Position numbers and translations under genes: made by a program
In this document: piece after piece, positions 29,001 to 37,116 of the stretch
Layout of the letters: the number at the start of each line of letters is the position of its first letter
How positions within the stretch are numbered: position 1 is the first letter of the stretch
DNA from: Flavobacteriales bacterium
GTDB lineage: Bacteria; Bacteroidota; Bacteroidia; Flavobacteriales_D; Sanyastnellaceae
Length of the DNA: 64,000 nucleotides
NCBI GenBank assembly: GCA_022447625.1
Contig: JAKVAX010000016.1
Span: 20,766 to 84,765 of the forward strand
Reading direction: 5' to 3'
The notes under the pieces: model-generated
The model's database searches: none
Seen by the model: the letters and a program-made list of their open reading frames with translations, nothing else
What the model was told of the DNA's origin: nothing

Positions 29001-30899
29001 CTCAAGTTGGTGTGCGAATCCGCGCGTCTCTTTTTCAAGGGCGTTGATCTCGACCACTTTTTCTACGGCGTTCAACGCTTTTTCAATCCGCGTGACCTCT
29101 TTTTCATAGGGTTCCAGGGCATCATCACGAAGCAAGAATTCCACGGTAGTGTCAGAGACTTGCTGCTGTACTTCTTGAACCTCCTTCTCACTGCCTTCAA
29201 TACGTTCGAGGTCGGCGTAGCGGAGATCCTTGAGCGTGATCACTTCACCTTTCAGTGATCTTAATTCATTGAGCAATTCGATGTACGGACGAATCTCATT
29301 TTCACGTGCATATTTCGCGCGTTTAATGACTTCGCTAGCGCGGAATAACGTGTCTTCCGTTTGCTCGCCAGTGGCCTTACGAATGCGAATTACCTTCTCG
29401 AATTCGTCAATGGCTTGCTGTGCCGTATCTCGAATATTACCAAGAGGCTCTAAGAGATCAGGAATCTCGTTGTTGTCGAGCCAATGGTAAGAGTCAATGA
29501 TGTCTGTAGATCGCTTTACAATGTCGAGGTACAAGTTGGCGTAGGAGTCTTCCTTGCGTGAGATCTTGATCAGTTCCGTGGCTTCTGCCATGGCCTTCAC
29601 GACCTCCTTATTCCCGATTTTGTAGAGGTAGTTTTGTTGGTTCTCCTTCTCGATAATCACGTTAGGAGAGTGGAATGGGGTAGACCACAACTGGATGGCG
29701 TGGTGTTTCTTTGCCTCTTCATCCGTCTTGAACACGGCATTCTCTCCCGACTCAAACAAGGAGAATCCATTGCAAATGATCGGTGTCTGAACGGTTTGTT
29801 CAATGATGTTGTACGACAACAAGATGTATGTACCCTTGATCTTGTTGTAGAAAACGTAGAGGTAATCTTCACCGTTAGGCGCGTCTATACGACGTTCGAA
29901 GGCCATGTCTTGCAGCCCATGGTCGAACGATTTGTACTCACCAGTTTGGTTGTAGTAGCCCCGCGCATAGATCAGTCCTTGATCTTCTGGAAGCAAGACA
30001 CAGCTATCTTCCAGGGCGTCGATGCGTACGGCTTCTTGAATTTTTTCATTGAAGACGATGTAGCGGAACTGCTCTTCACGGTAAGGACGAATTTTTAGGA
30101 TCGTCACCACCCCAACTTGCGCGAAGTATACTTCAGCGTCATCAAGCGTTTGGTCTACCTCGTTCACCGGTTCAGAGAAGATCCCTTTGCCCGTGTCAGT
30201 GTTGTCTTCAACCTTGATGGTCAGGTCTCCACCGATCGTTTCAACGAATACTTTGTCATTGATACTGATGTGCGGGTGAACACCTTTGCGATGCATGTCA
30301 CGCGTTGCCTGTTCCCAGCGGAATGCGTGTTGTTCAGGCAAGACGAATTCATGTTCGCTACGTGAATTCTCATACTTCAGTTGATCTCCATTGATGCGCC
30401 ATTTGAAGACCTTGATGTCGTCGACATTCTTTCCAATTTGAAAGGCGGCATAAAGGAAAGGGCCGAGCTCAAGGAACTTCAAGAACCGCGCATCTCGATA
30501 GTATTTATAGAGATTCTGAAAGTCAGCTTCGAACTGTTCATCTCGGAGCACACCCGCGGTGTTTTCACTGAAGGTATGTGATGCCGGATCATAATCGAAG
30601 CAAGCGAAAACATCGGTCGATGAAATGCTGCCGCGCAATCCGATATGCACGTTGTACCCGAAGATGAATCGTTCGGTACCGATGGGAGCCAGGTCACGGG
30701 CTACACAGTTGTTGGCTGTGGTAATCCGTTCAGTGGTGATCAACTCTCGTGCGATGGTCCCGAAGGTCTTACGGCGTTCTTCATTGAGTGCCGCAAGCCG
30801 TTGATTCAGGTAGTCACTTCGTTCGAGGAGTCGATTCCTAAGGATCTCATAGGTACCTTGTTCGAGCTGTATGTCTTTTTGTTCTTGGTTTTCAGCCAT
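26031..30899 (-). CDS. Giant (1622 aa) uncharacterised protein with central coiled-coil region and a MoxR/AAA_5-like AAA+ ATPase domain near the C-terminus
   Basis: Walker A GYGKTT, Walker B/sensor block VMLYLDDIQHCNPEFLQ (MoxR-like DEINRAxP) and VAVVMAGNPY (ATQNP-like). Residues ~460-900 have heptad-rich coiled-coil character. It is the last gene of the flotillin operon. Confidence 0.8.
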   Translation of the reverse strand: MAENQEQKDIQLEQGTYEILRNRLLERSDYLNQRLAALNEERRKTFGTIARELITTERITTANNCVARDLAPIGTERFIFGYNVHIGLRGSISSTDVFACFDYDPASHTFSENTAGVLRDEQFEADFQNLYKYYRDARFLKFLELGPFLYAAFQIGKNVDDIKVFKWRINGDQLKYENSRSEHEFVLPEQHAFRWEQATRDMHRKGVHPHISINDKVFVETIGGDLTIKVEDNTDTGKGIFSEPVNEVDQTLDDAEVYFAQVGVVTILKIRPYREEQFRYIVFNEKIQEAVRIDALEDSCVLLPEDQGLIYARGYYNQTGEYKSFDHGLQDMAFERRIDAPNGEDYLYVFYNKIKGTYILLSYNIIEQTVQTPIICNGFSLFESGENAVFKTDEEAKKHHAIQLWSTPFHSPNVIIEKENQQNYLYKIGNKEVVKAMAEATELIKISRKEDSYANLYLDIVKRSTDIIDSYHWLDNNEIPDLLEPLGNIRDTAQQAIDEFEKVIRIRKATGEQTEDTLFRASEVIKRAKYARENEIRPYIELLNELRSLKGEVITLKDLRYADLERIEGSEKEVQEVQQQVSDTTVEFLLRDDALEPYEKEVTRIEKALNAVEKVVEINALEKETRGFAHQLELLIDVVSNLKIEDATKTGAILEQITATYAKFNSLISEITKKRKQYQRTEGEAVFKAQLMLIEQTLSSYVELAETPEACNDYLNKLLIQVEELDARFSDFEDFREEIDEKRNNIQQAFESRRLVLLEEINKKTAALQRSGNRIVNSIVSRVEQIENNSDIHAFYAGDVMVEKLRQVIEDLMELGDSVKADELQSKLKRTKEDALRQLRDKKELFANGSDAIMFGKHAFNVNRQNLDLTLIPREDTLYYHLTGTNFFHPAGEELQQYTSLFDQSLVSENSDVYRAEFLAYQLINELRERNAVLSEWLAVPQEELMTVIHEMMRQRPGEGYIKGVHDHDALRITLAMIDLDHRVKSLRFTGLERVLGQLSWHFAFSKELRARYTQEATSFRNARKFFTNPPIDHQITSAATEAIGEFLEGTIDLSQIESVDDSQLAMRIEQALWFANAENTGMEVSKEGASFAESFQQYLKGKRSLGQFETLIQSYKERPIDGFNKTFDWLLAFGEGEDTHLLFEAAFVVFAKSSSREISWEQSKVPTLSEGVKLKGNHPVSSSYSSGMSLATFEQKLHHFMSDQVPAFNALQQLKREKLDDERHALKIDEFKPRVMSSFVRNRLIDESYLPLIGDNLAKQIGTAGDNKRTDLMGLLLLISPPGYGKTTLMEYIASQLGLVFVKINGPSIGHRITSIDPAEATNSASRDELNKLNFALEMGDNVMLYLDDIQHCNPEFLQKFISLCDAQRKIEGVFRGRSKTYDLKGRKVAVVMAGNPYTESGEKFKIPDMLANRADIYNLGDIIGSNSNAFKDSYIENSLTSNSIMNRLATKSLGDVRKMIRLAENGEMTDEFEAQHTPEEIEEYVTTLKKMFRIRDVVLKVNMEYIYSASQADEFRTEPPFKMQGSYRNMNRMVEKVLPFMNDDELENVIMTHYENESQTLTTGTEWNFLKFKSMAFTLTAEEEQRRAGILEVFNRNQRLKGAGGNQLVPVLEQLEHLIS

Positions 30900-30917
30900 T
30901 GAGAGGTAGGGACAAGA

Positions 30918-33083
30918 TTAAAGGTCTCCTAACGATTTGTTTGCCAAACCAAGGTCATTGGCTCTTCCAAGAAGGGCTTCTAGGAGTGACTGCTTATTAG
31001 GATCCGATTCGCGCATGATCAGTTGTGCGATCAAGGCAGCAACACTCAGGTCGCGGATTCCTTCAGCAGAGATTCCTCCGGCAATAGCCATTTCTTTCAA
31101 GTTGGCGATGAAGCCATCTTCATCCCCAGAACCGAGCAGTTGACGGCGTACATCACTCAAGACATTCGAATTGTCTACCAGTCGATCTGTGGCTTTACCG
31201 TTCGAGATAGCTCCAACGATCTTATCGAAGAATACGTTTTCACCACCCACGATATCAATCTTCGCATTTTCAAGCGCTGTACCCAATACTTCAGCTTGCG
31301 CTTCGGCAATTTCTGCTTGGATATTGATGCCTGCCAATTCCACTTCTTTGTCTTTTTCGAGACGTAGTTTGAATTCTTCGTGTTCTTTCCCGACACCATC
31401 GAGCTTCTTCATGGCTTCGGCTTTCGCCTCGATACCTTGAGCGTCGATTGTGTACTTCTCACCAGCAACCAGTGCTTCTGCGAGTCCTTTCTCTTTATCG
31501 GCCTCGGCGATTTTGTGGATCACTTCAGCTTCCGCGAATCCGCGTTTGCGTTCTACTTCTGCAGAGGCTTCACCAATCTTAAGGTCAGCTTCTGCCTGCG
31601 CATTTGATTTCGCTTCAATTCCTTTTGCTTCAGCGAGCGCTTGAGCCTCTAGAACAGATGCTTCAGCCTCACCTTGCTTCTCACGTGCGTCAGCCTTAGC
31701 CTCCATAACTTGAGCTTCCGCAATACCTTGAGCTGCGTGCTTCGCGGCATCTGCTTCAGCCAGTGTTTTGATCGCTTCAGCGCGTTGCGTAGCACTGGCT
31801 TGCTCAGCCTCTGCTTCGATGAGTAATTGACGTGCTTTGTGTTCTGCTGCTTGTTTCTGTGCTTCCGCAGATTTAATCGCTTTCACTAGTTCAGCTTCCG
31901 CCTCTTCTTCAGATTTGGTCACTGCTACTTTCTTCATACGATCTGCTTCAGCGAATGCACGTGTATCCTTGATACGCTCTTCTTCGTCAACCACACTCTT
32001 CTGGATGGCCACGCGTTCACGAATCACTTCTTGAATGTTCTTGCGTTCAATTTCAATCGATTTCTCTTTATCAATCTGTGCAAGTGTCACTACGCGTTCG
32101 CGTTCGTTGACTTCAAGTAGACGGTCTTTCTCTACGCGTTCTGTTTCAACCGCGTTGGTACGTTCCTTATTCTTAGCAGCAACTACAATCTGGCGTAGCT
32201 TGTTTTCTTCTGCTACTTGTAGCTCTTCTTCGGTTTGAATTCGGGCCTTTTCAGCCTTCAAACGCTCTTCTTCTTGAACCTTCAAGATCTCTGCGCCTTC
32301 GCGGGCCTTGATCGATTCTATTTCACGATTCTGGCGTTCTTCTGTTTCAGCGAGCTGACGTTCCATTTCTAGAATCGCCTCTCGTGCTTCAACGTCTTGT
32401 TGCTTGATCGTTTTCTCTTTGTCACGAAGAATGTGGTTCGCCTTAATCTTCTGGTTCGCTGTGAGCTCGCGAATCTTCTTGATACCCTCTGAATCGAGAA
32501 TGTTGTTCTCATCAAGAGCTGAAAGCGGTGTCTGCTCAAGGTAGTCAATCGCACAGTCATCGAGGATGTATCCGTTCAAATCAGTACCGATGAGGTTTAT
32601 GATTTCCTTACGGAACTCATCACGCTGGTTGTAGAGGTCTACGAAGTTGAACTTCTTACCAACGGTTTTCAGGGCTTCCGAGAACTTGGCGTCAAAGAGT
32701 TGTTCGAGGGCTTCTTTACTCGAAGCGCGAACACAACCCACCGACTGAGCTACCTTTTTTACGTCTTCGATTTTTTCGTTCACACGAACGAAGAAAGTCA
32801 CCTTGATGTCTGCACGCATGTTGTCTTGGCAGATCAACCCTTCGTTTCCATGGCGGTGGATCATAATGGTCTTTAGAGAGATGTCCATTACTTCCAGTCG
32901 TTGGAACACCGGAATAACAGTGAGGCCATTGAAAGAAACTTTTATCCCACCTATACCGGTGCGGACAAGTGCTTGCCCTTGTTTTGTCTTTTTGTAGAGT
33001 CTGCTTAAGAAGAATAACAGGCCTATGACAAAGAATATGATACTACCAATCACTGTGAGTGTGGAAGTTTGTATGAAATCCAT
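30918..33083 (-). CDS. Flotillin-like SPFH/band-7 protein (YqiK-like) with long E/A/K/Q-rich coiled-coil
   Basis: N-terminal TM helix, SPFH domain blocks (VRTGIGG...VIPVFQRLEVMDISLKTI...ADIKVTFFVRV), then ~400 aa of EA-repeat coiled coil. Confidence 0.85.
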   Translation of the reverse strand: MDFIQTSTLTVIGSIIFFVIGLLFFLSRLYKKTKQGQALVRTGIGGIKVSFNGLTVIPVFQRLEVMDISLKTIMIHRHGNEGLICQDNMRADIKVTFFVRVNEKIEDVKKVAQSVGCVRASSKEALEQLFDAKFSEALKTVGKKFNFVDLYNQRDEFRKEIINLIGTDLNGYILDDCAIDYLEQTPLSALDENNILDSEGIKKIRELTANQKIKANHILRDKEKTIKQQDVEAREAILEMERQLAETEERQNREIESIKAREGAEILKVQEEERLKAEKARIQTEEELQVAEENKLRQIVVAAKNKERTNAVETERVEKDRLLEVNERERVVTLAQIDKEKSIEIERKNIQEVIRERVAIQKSVVDEEERIKDTRAFAEADRMKKVAVTKSEEEAEAELVKAIKSAEAQKQAAEHKARQLLIEAEAEQASATQRAEAIKTLAEADAAKHAAQGIAEAQVMEAKADAREKQGEAEASVLEAQALAEAKGIEAKSNAQAEADLKIGEASAEVERKRGFAEAEVIHKIAEADKEKGLAEALVAGEKYTIDAQGIEAKAEAMKKLDGVGKEHEEFKLRLEKDKEVELAGINIQAEIAEAQAEVLGTALENAKIDIVGGENVFFDKIVGAISNGKATDRLVDNSNVLSDVRRQLLGSGDEDGFIANLKEMAIAGGISAEGIRDLSVAALIAQLIMRESDPNKQSLLEALLGRANDLGLANKSLGDL

Positions 33084-33102
33084 GTTTAAATAATAGGTTT
33101 AG

Positions 33103-33738
33103 TTAATCAAAATAGGGTTCGACCAGATAGTCATCGGTGCCGTCAACTTCTTGGATGAAGAGGACCTGGTCACCTTTTTTAGCTTCTACACCTTTTCTGG
33201 TCACAATGTAGAGCATGAGATAGCTGCCAGCAGATTCAACTTCCGCTTGACCGCGGGAATCATGTGTGGCGCTGATAATCACCGTTCCAACCTTTCCGAG
33301 AATGACTTTTTCTTTCGTGCCTTCTTCGAATTTTGCGAATAGACCAACAAAGGGCCAAGTAGCAAACTTGGCAATGAATAGTCCAATTATTAGGGCGGGG
33401 AAGAATGTGATTAATCCGAATAAGAATGAGTCGATTCCCAATAGATGATTGGCATTGTTGTGGATGAACCACAGCGGTAGAGACAAAAAACTCAACCACA
33501 CCATGAACGGTATCTTACCAAGGTTGAAAAAGACTAAGACGTTATTCAACCACATGAGGCCAGAAGTGTCAACATCAGGGTCGATGTCAACTTCCCCGTC
33601 AATGTCAATATCAAAGTCTAAGAAGTCCATATCAATAGCTCCAAGCATCACCGTGATCCAATAAACCATGATGAAACAGAGAATACCAGTAGATAGGGCA
33701 TTCGCAGGACTAAATATCGTATTGAAGAATTCGATCAT
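33103..33738 (-). CDS. NfeD-like (YqiJ/YuaF-type) membrane protein with C-terminal OB-fold
   Basis: 4-5 TM helices followed by GKVGTVIISATHDSRGQAEV...KGDQVLFIQEVDG, which is an OB-fold of the NfeD short type. It lies immediately upstream of the flotillin gene, the canonical pairing. Confidence 0.6.
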   Translation of the reverse strand: MIEFFNTIFSPANALSTGILCFIMVYWITVMLGAIDMDFLDFDIDIDGEVDIDPDVDTSGLMWLNNVLVFFNLGKIPFMVWLSFLSLPLWFIHNNANHLLGIDSFLFGLITFFPALIIGLFIAKFATWPFVGLFAKFEEGTKEKVILGKVGTVIISATHDSRGQAEVESAGSYLMLYIVTRKGVEAKKGDQVLFIQEVDGTDDYLVEPYFD

Positions 33739-33745
33739 TGTTTAT

Positions 33746-34480
33746 TTATGCTTCGTTGGTACTATCACCGTCACCGCCTTCAAGTCCCATTTTCTTTTTA
33801 AGTGCTTCCAGTGCTTCAGAAGCTTGAGCTTCAGACGCACCTTCAAGAGCCTTGTCGATTTCATCATCGATAGAGCGTGACTCTTTTGCGAGTTCACCAT
33901 AGCTTTCAGCTAGGGCTTCTTCTTGAGCTACCTTTTCTTTCATTCGCTCCAGCATTGATACGGTGCTCGATGAATCGATATCGGCCATTTGTTTATTGAT
34001 GTTCTTTGTAGCTGAAGAGACCTTCACGCGTGCTTTGAGCGTTTTAAGTTCGTTCTCGTAATGAGAGATCTGGCTCTTTAGGCGCTTGATGTTTGAATCC
34101 ATCGTGTTCGCGTGGTTCTCAAACTTCTCTTGGTCTTGTTTTGCACGTGCCACTTGAGCTACGCACTCTTCTTTCTTTACCAAGGCGTTCGTTGCGAGAC
34201 GATCAGCTTCTGCAGGATCGAGCTCACCTTTCTGTGCTTGTTGAAGCAGCATCATGGCTTTGTTCTCGTAGTCTTTCGCTTTTTCTGTTTCGCTTTCAAC
34301 ATCGTTACGAGCGCGAATAGCTAGCGCTTTTACTTCGGCCAAGGCCTGAACGGCTTTGTCGAGGTCTTCTTTCAGGTCGCGGATCCCTTGTTCTGTCATT
34401 TTGATCGGATCCTCCAGCTTATCAACCGCTGAGTGGGCTTCCGCTTTTCCGATCTTAAATAGGCGACGAAAAATATTCAT
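33746..34480 (-). CDS. PspA/IM30 (Vipp1/ESCRT-III-like) family protein
   Basis: The N-terminal MNIFRRLFKIGKAEAHSAVDKLEDPIKMTEQGIRDLKEDL matches the PspA amphipathic helix a0 and the start of the coiled coil. The protein is all-helical and 244 aa. Confidence 0.85.
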   Translation of the reverse strand: MNIFRRLFKIGKAEAHSAVDKLEDPIKMTEQGIRDLKEDLDKAVQALAEVKALAIRARNDVESETEKAKDYENKAMMLLQQAQKGELDPAEADRLATNALVKKEECVAQVARAKQDQEKFENHANTMDSNIKRLKSQISHYENELKTLKARVKVSSATKNINKQMADIDSSSTVSMLERMKEKVAQEEALAESYGELAKESRSIDDEIDKALEGASEAQASEALEALKKKMGLEGGDGDSTNEA

Positions 34481-34491
34481 GGGTACGGGTT

Positions 34492-34911
34492 TTAATGTTT
34501 TGCGTATTCAATGAGTTGGTCAGAGTACTCTGTGAGGAGTAAGGCAAGCGAGTTTAAAGTACTTTCAAGTTCGTTCAAGTCTAGGGTAGAGACTTGAAGG
34601 GTGTCTCTGAAGATGACTTTCTCACCTGTGCTATCCAGGCAGAATGCTCCGTGTACGATATCACGGTTCTTCATGAGTAGATCTTTTAAGATGTACTCAT
34701 TCGGATCTTTTAGTTCGAACAAGAATTGCTCGATGATGAGAATAGGATCTGCTACACACAGCACTACATTCTTCACACCGTAGTTCTCGTTTTCGATCAT
34801 GAATATCCCAGATGAACGGTCTTCCGTCACGATGGAATAGTTTAACTCCGAGATGTACTCTTTGATCTTGTCGAAATGGTCTGACATTGAGGTAAATGTG
34901 TTTTGATTCAA
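34492..34911 (-). CDS. YbjN-like (putative sensory-transduction/chaperone-like) domain protein
   Basis: 139 aa with the same layout as YbjN-domain proteins that frequently accompany PspA. Assignment is by recall of the fold signature only. Confidence 0.45.
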   Translation of the reverse strand: MNQNTFTSMSDHFDKIKEYISELNYSIVTEDRSSGIFMIENENYGVKNVVLCVADPILIIEQFLFELKDPNEYILKDLLMKNRDIVHGAFCLDSTGEKVIFRDTLQVSTLDLNELESTLNSLALLLTEYSDQLIEYAKH

Positions 34912-35034
34912 CAGTTATTGGATTGAAATTTCGTAAATTAATCTTTGCATCCATTAGTATGTGTGATGAAAATATTAGATTTACATCACTAAAGTACTAA
35001 AAAAAATGTCATTGACAAAATAATTAGCATACTT

Positions 35035-35817
35035 ATGTCGCACATTGGTAGGAATATAAAGAAGATTAGATCGGTAAAAGGACTGAGTCAGGAGCAGTTT
35101 GCTAATATTATTAATGTGAAACGAGCTTCCATCGGAGCTTATGAAGAAGGAAGGGCTGAGCCAAAGATTCCCGCAATCATGGAGATAGCGGATCACTTCG
35201 GGATCTCAATTGATGATCTTTTAACGAAGGAATTGACAGTAAACGACCTGTATCGTTTCGATATTTTCCGTGATGATCTGCAGCAATTTGGGGCTAATAA
35301 CCTGCTTCCTTCTCGTGATGTGACGGATCTATTGCAAATTCCATTCGTTTCTATCGGCGAGAGGGAAGGTCTATTGAAAGCTGTGGATGTTCCGCGTTTC
35401 TTAGGTTCATTGCCTGTGCTCTGTCTGCCACTATCTAAAGGGCGTTCATACATAGCTCTGGAGTTCAGCTCAGATGATGCGCCTGGGGTCTTAGGTCAGG
35501 GTGAAATCGCTATCGCGTCGTCTATTGATTTGGATGATGTGCTCAATCACGAAGGGCGTGCGGCTTTCCTTATTCAGACGGAAAAGGATATTGGCTGTTT
35601 TCGCGTGCTTCGACACCGCATTCGTGAGTGGAGATTGAATTCGTATGCGCAGAATCAGGTGGTTCGGATCGTAGATCAGAAACTCATCAAGCAAACATGG
35701 AGGGTTGAATCTATAATTACTAAAAACGTTAGTAGACACCTTCATAGTGGATTGGATTCGTATGATATGGAGTCGCGTTTGAAAGCACTAGAAGCGGCTT
35801 TAGCTAAAAAAAGTTGA
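35035..35817 (+). CDS. XRE-family helix-turn-helix transcriptional regulator with ~190-aa uncharacterised C-terminal domain
   Basis: The N-terminal IKKIRSVKGLSQEQFANIINVKRASIGAYEEGRAEPKIPAIMEIADHFGISIDDLL is a Cro/CI-type HTH. No S24 Ser-Lys dyad was recognised in the C-terminal part. Confidence 0.75.
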   Translation: MSHIGRNIKKIRSVKGLSQEQFANIINVKRASIGAYEEGRAEPKIPAIMEIADHFGISIDDLLTKELTVNDLYRFDIFRDDLQQFGANNLLPSRDVTDLLQIPFVSIGEREGLLKAVDVPRFLGSLPVLCLPLSKGRSYIALEFSSDDAPGVLGQGEIAIASSIDLDDVLNHEGRAAFLIQTEKDIGCFRVLRHRIREWRLNSYAQNQVVRIVDQKLIKQTWRVESIITKNVSRHLHSGLDSYDMESRLKALEAALAKKS

Positions 35818-35818
35818 G

Positions 35819-36547
35819 TTATATTAATTTTCGGTCATTGCTATGAAGTAGGGGGATCCCCATTCCGATCATCGCACCAGAAGCATAGCCCACAAGTACA
35901 TCGGTGTACCAGTGTTTCCCAGCGCGTATTCTGAGATAACCAACCACAGCTGGAACAGCAATCGCTGTAGCCCATCCTAAGGTTCTGATCGTTTGTGATC
36001 CGCTGTATTGTTGAATCAATGAAGCGGCAAGAAATGAAAACGTGGATGCGGTACTGGTATGTCCGCTGTAGAAGCTAATGGTCGCTTCGCGATCAGTTAG
36101 AATGTCTCTTGGGGTACTTCCCTCAAATACATAAGGTCTTGGACGATGCGCTAGTCCTTTAGTGAACGTCATCAGAAAGTAGTTCGCCATGGCCGCTTGC
36201 AGGTACAAATGCATTCCATTGACAGCTTGGTCAGTATTCATGGCTGGGATGGCAGTAGCTGGCAGTGCCAAACTTGTTAGAACAAAAAAGTCTGAGATCT
36301 TATCAGCCTTGTAGTTGATGGGGTGGATTGACCATCGATCGAAGCGATTGAATTCTCGTTCTCTCAGCTTCGCTATTTCCTCCATTGTTAATGGGGTCAC
36401 CCTGCCTTGCGTGAGCTGACCACTGAGTGCTAAGGGCATTCCAATCAAGGTCATACTATTCCGAGTTCCCTTGCTGTATCGGGTGAACTGAGCTTCCGCG
36501 CTAGCGAAAGAGAGTAGAAGGCTAAGTACAAGAAGAAATCGGCACAT
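35819..36547 (-). CDS. PAP2-superfamily phosphatase (membrane)
   Basis: Three PAP2 motifs: KGLAHRPRP (KX6RP), YSGHTS (PSGH) and SRIRAGKHWYTDVLVGY (SRX5HX3D). Confidence 0.85.
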   Translation of the reverse strand: MCRFLLVLSLLLSFASAEAQFTRYSKGTRNSMTLIGMPLALSGQLTQGRVTPLTMEEIAKLREREFNRFDRWSIHPINYKADKISDFFVLTSLALPATAIPAMNTDQAVNGMHLYLQAAMANYFLMTFTKGLAHRPRPYVFEGSTPRDILTDREATISFYSGHTSTASTFSFLAASLIQQYSGSQTIRTLGWATAIAVPAVVGYLRIRAGKHWYTDVLVGYASGAMIGMGIPLLHSNDRKLI

Positions 36548-36773
36548 AGGATAAAGTCTCTTCGAAGATAATACCCAATTTAATTACAACAATGAACTCA
36601 AGCCAACCAAATCCTAATTGAGTTTTACCGAATTCTCATTGGCTTGAAAAGGAGCAAGATTTAGTTCTGATGTTTGAATTGCCAAACCGTAAAAACCTAT
36701 TGCCATGCGAGTTGTACCATTTAATCTAGGCACGCTGTTCATTTTTAGTGTTGATAGAGAAATCATTGACGAG

Positions 36774-37110
36774 TATAACAGTGGCCAAAGAAGCCAACCG
36801 ATATAAACGATGGAGCTGAGCTCTATTTCACGATAACAAACCCGCTAGTAGCCGATGATTTCGATACACTCCCTCAGCCGGGATGCATCAACCCAGACGC
36901 TATCAATTATGATCCTGTAGCCACGATAGACGATGGCTCATGCATCTTTGGATCTTCCGTTACCTGCCCAGCTGATGTGAGAGGGGAAGGTGTAATCAAC
37001 GCCTCTGACTTGTTAGGATTGTTGGCAGGATCGGAGGAACCTGCAATTGATCGAGATTATCGGGCAACAAAAAGGAGGGCAAAGGCCCTCCTTTTCTCAT
37101 TTTATGTCGA
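36774..37110 (+). pseudogene. Promoterless 3' relic of a secreted-protein gene: Cys-loop linker (GCINPDAINYDPVATIDDGSC) plus single dockerin-like segment (CPADVRGEGVINASDLLGLL)
   Basis: An open frame of ~110 codons begins right after a TAA and has no ATG. Its product matches the C-terminal linker/dockerin-like architecture of the GH13 protein at 47284..50640. Confidence 0.5.
37074..37103. terminator. Bidirectional intrinsic terminator (stem GGAGGGC/GCCCTCC, T-run on both strands)
   Basis: aaaaaGGAGGGCaaagGCCCTCCttttctcatttt lies directly 3' of lpdA (minus) and of the relic ORF (plus). Confidence 0.7.
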
Positions 37111-37116
37111 CTTCAA

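Noticed and set aside
31023-32238. Series of plus-strand ORFs with Ser/Ala/Thr-rich low-complexity products, and apparent short direct repeats, inside the flotillin gene; these could be mistaken for a CRISPR-like or repeat array
   Set aside because: They are the antisense image of the E/A/K/Q-rich coiled-coil coding repeats of the flotillin gene. There are no regular spacer/repeat units, so this is not CRISPR.
35035-35817. Possible LexA-like S24 peptidase domain in the XRE regulator
   Set aside because: No Ser-Lys dyad motif (GDSM...K) could be identified in the C-terminal half, so it is left as an uncharacterised C-terminal domain.
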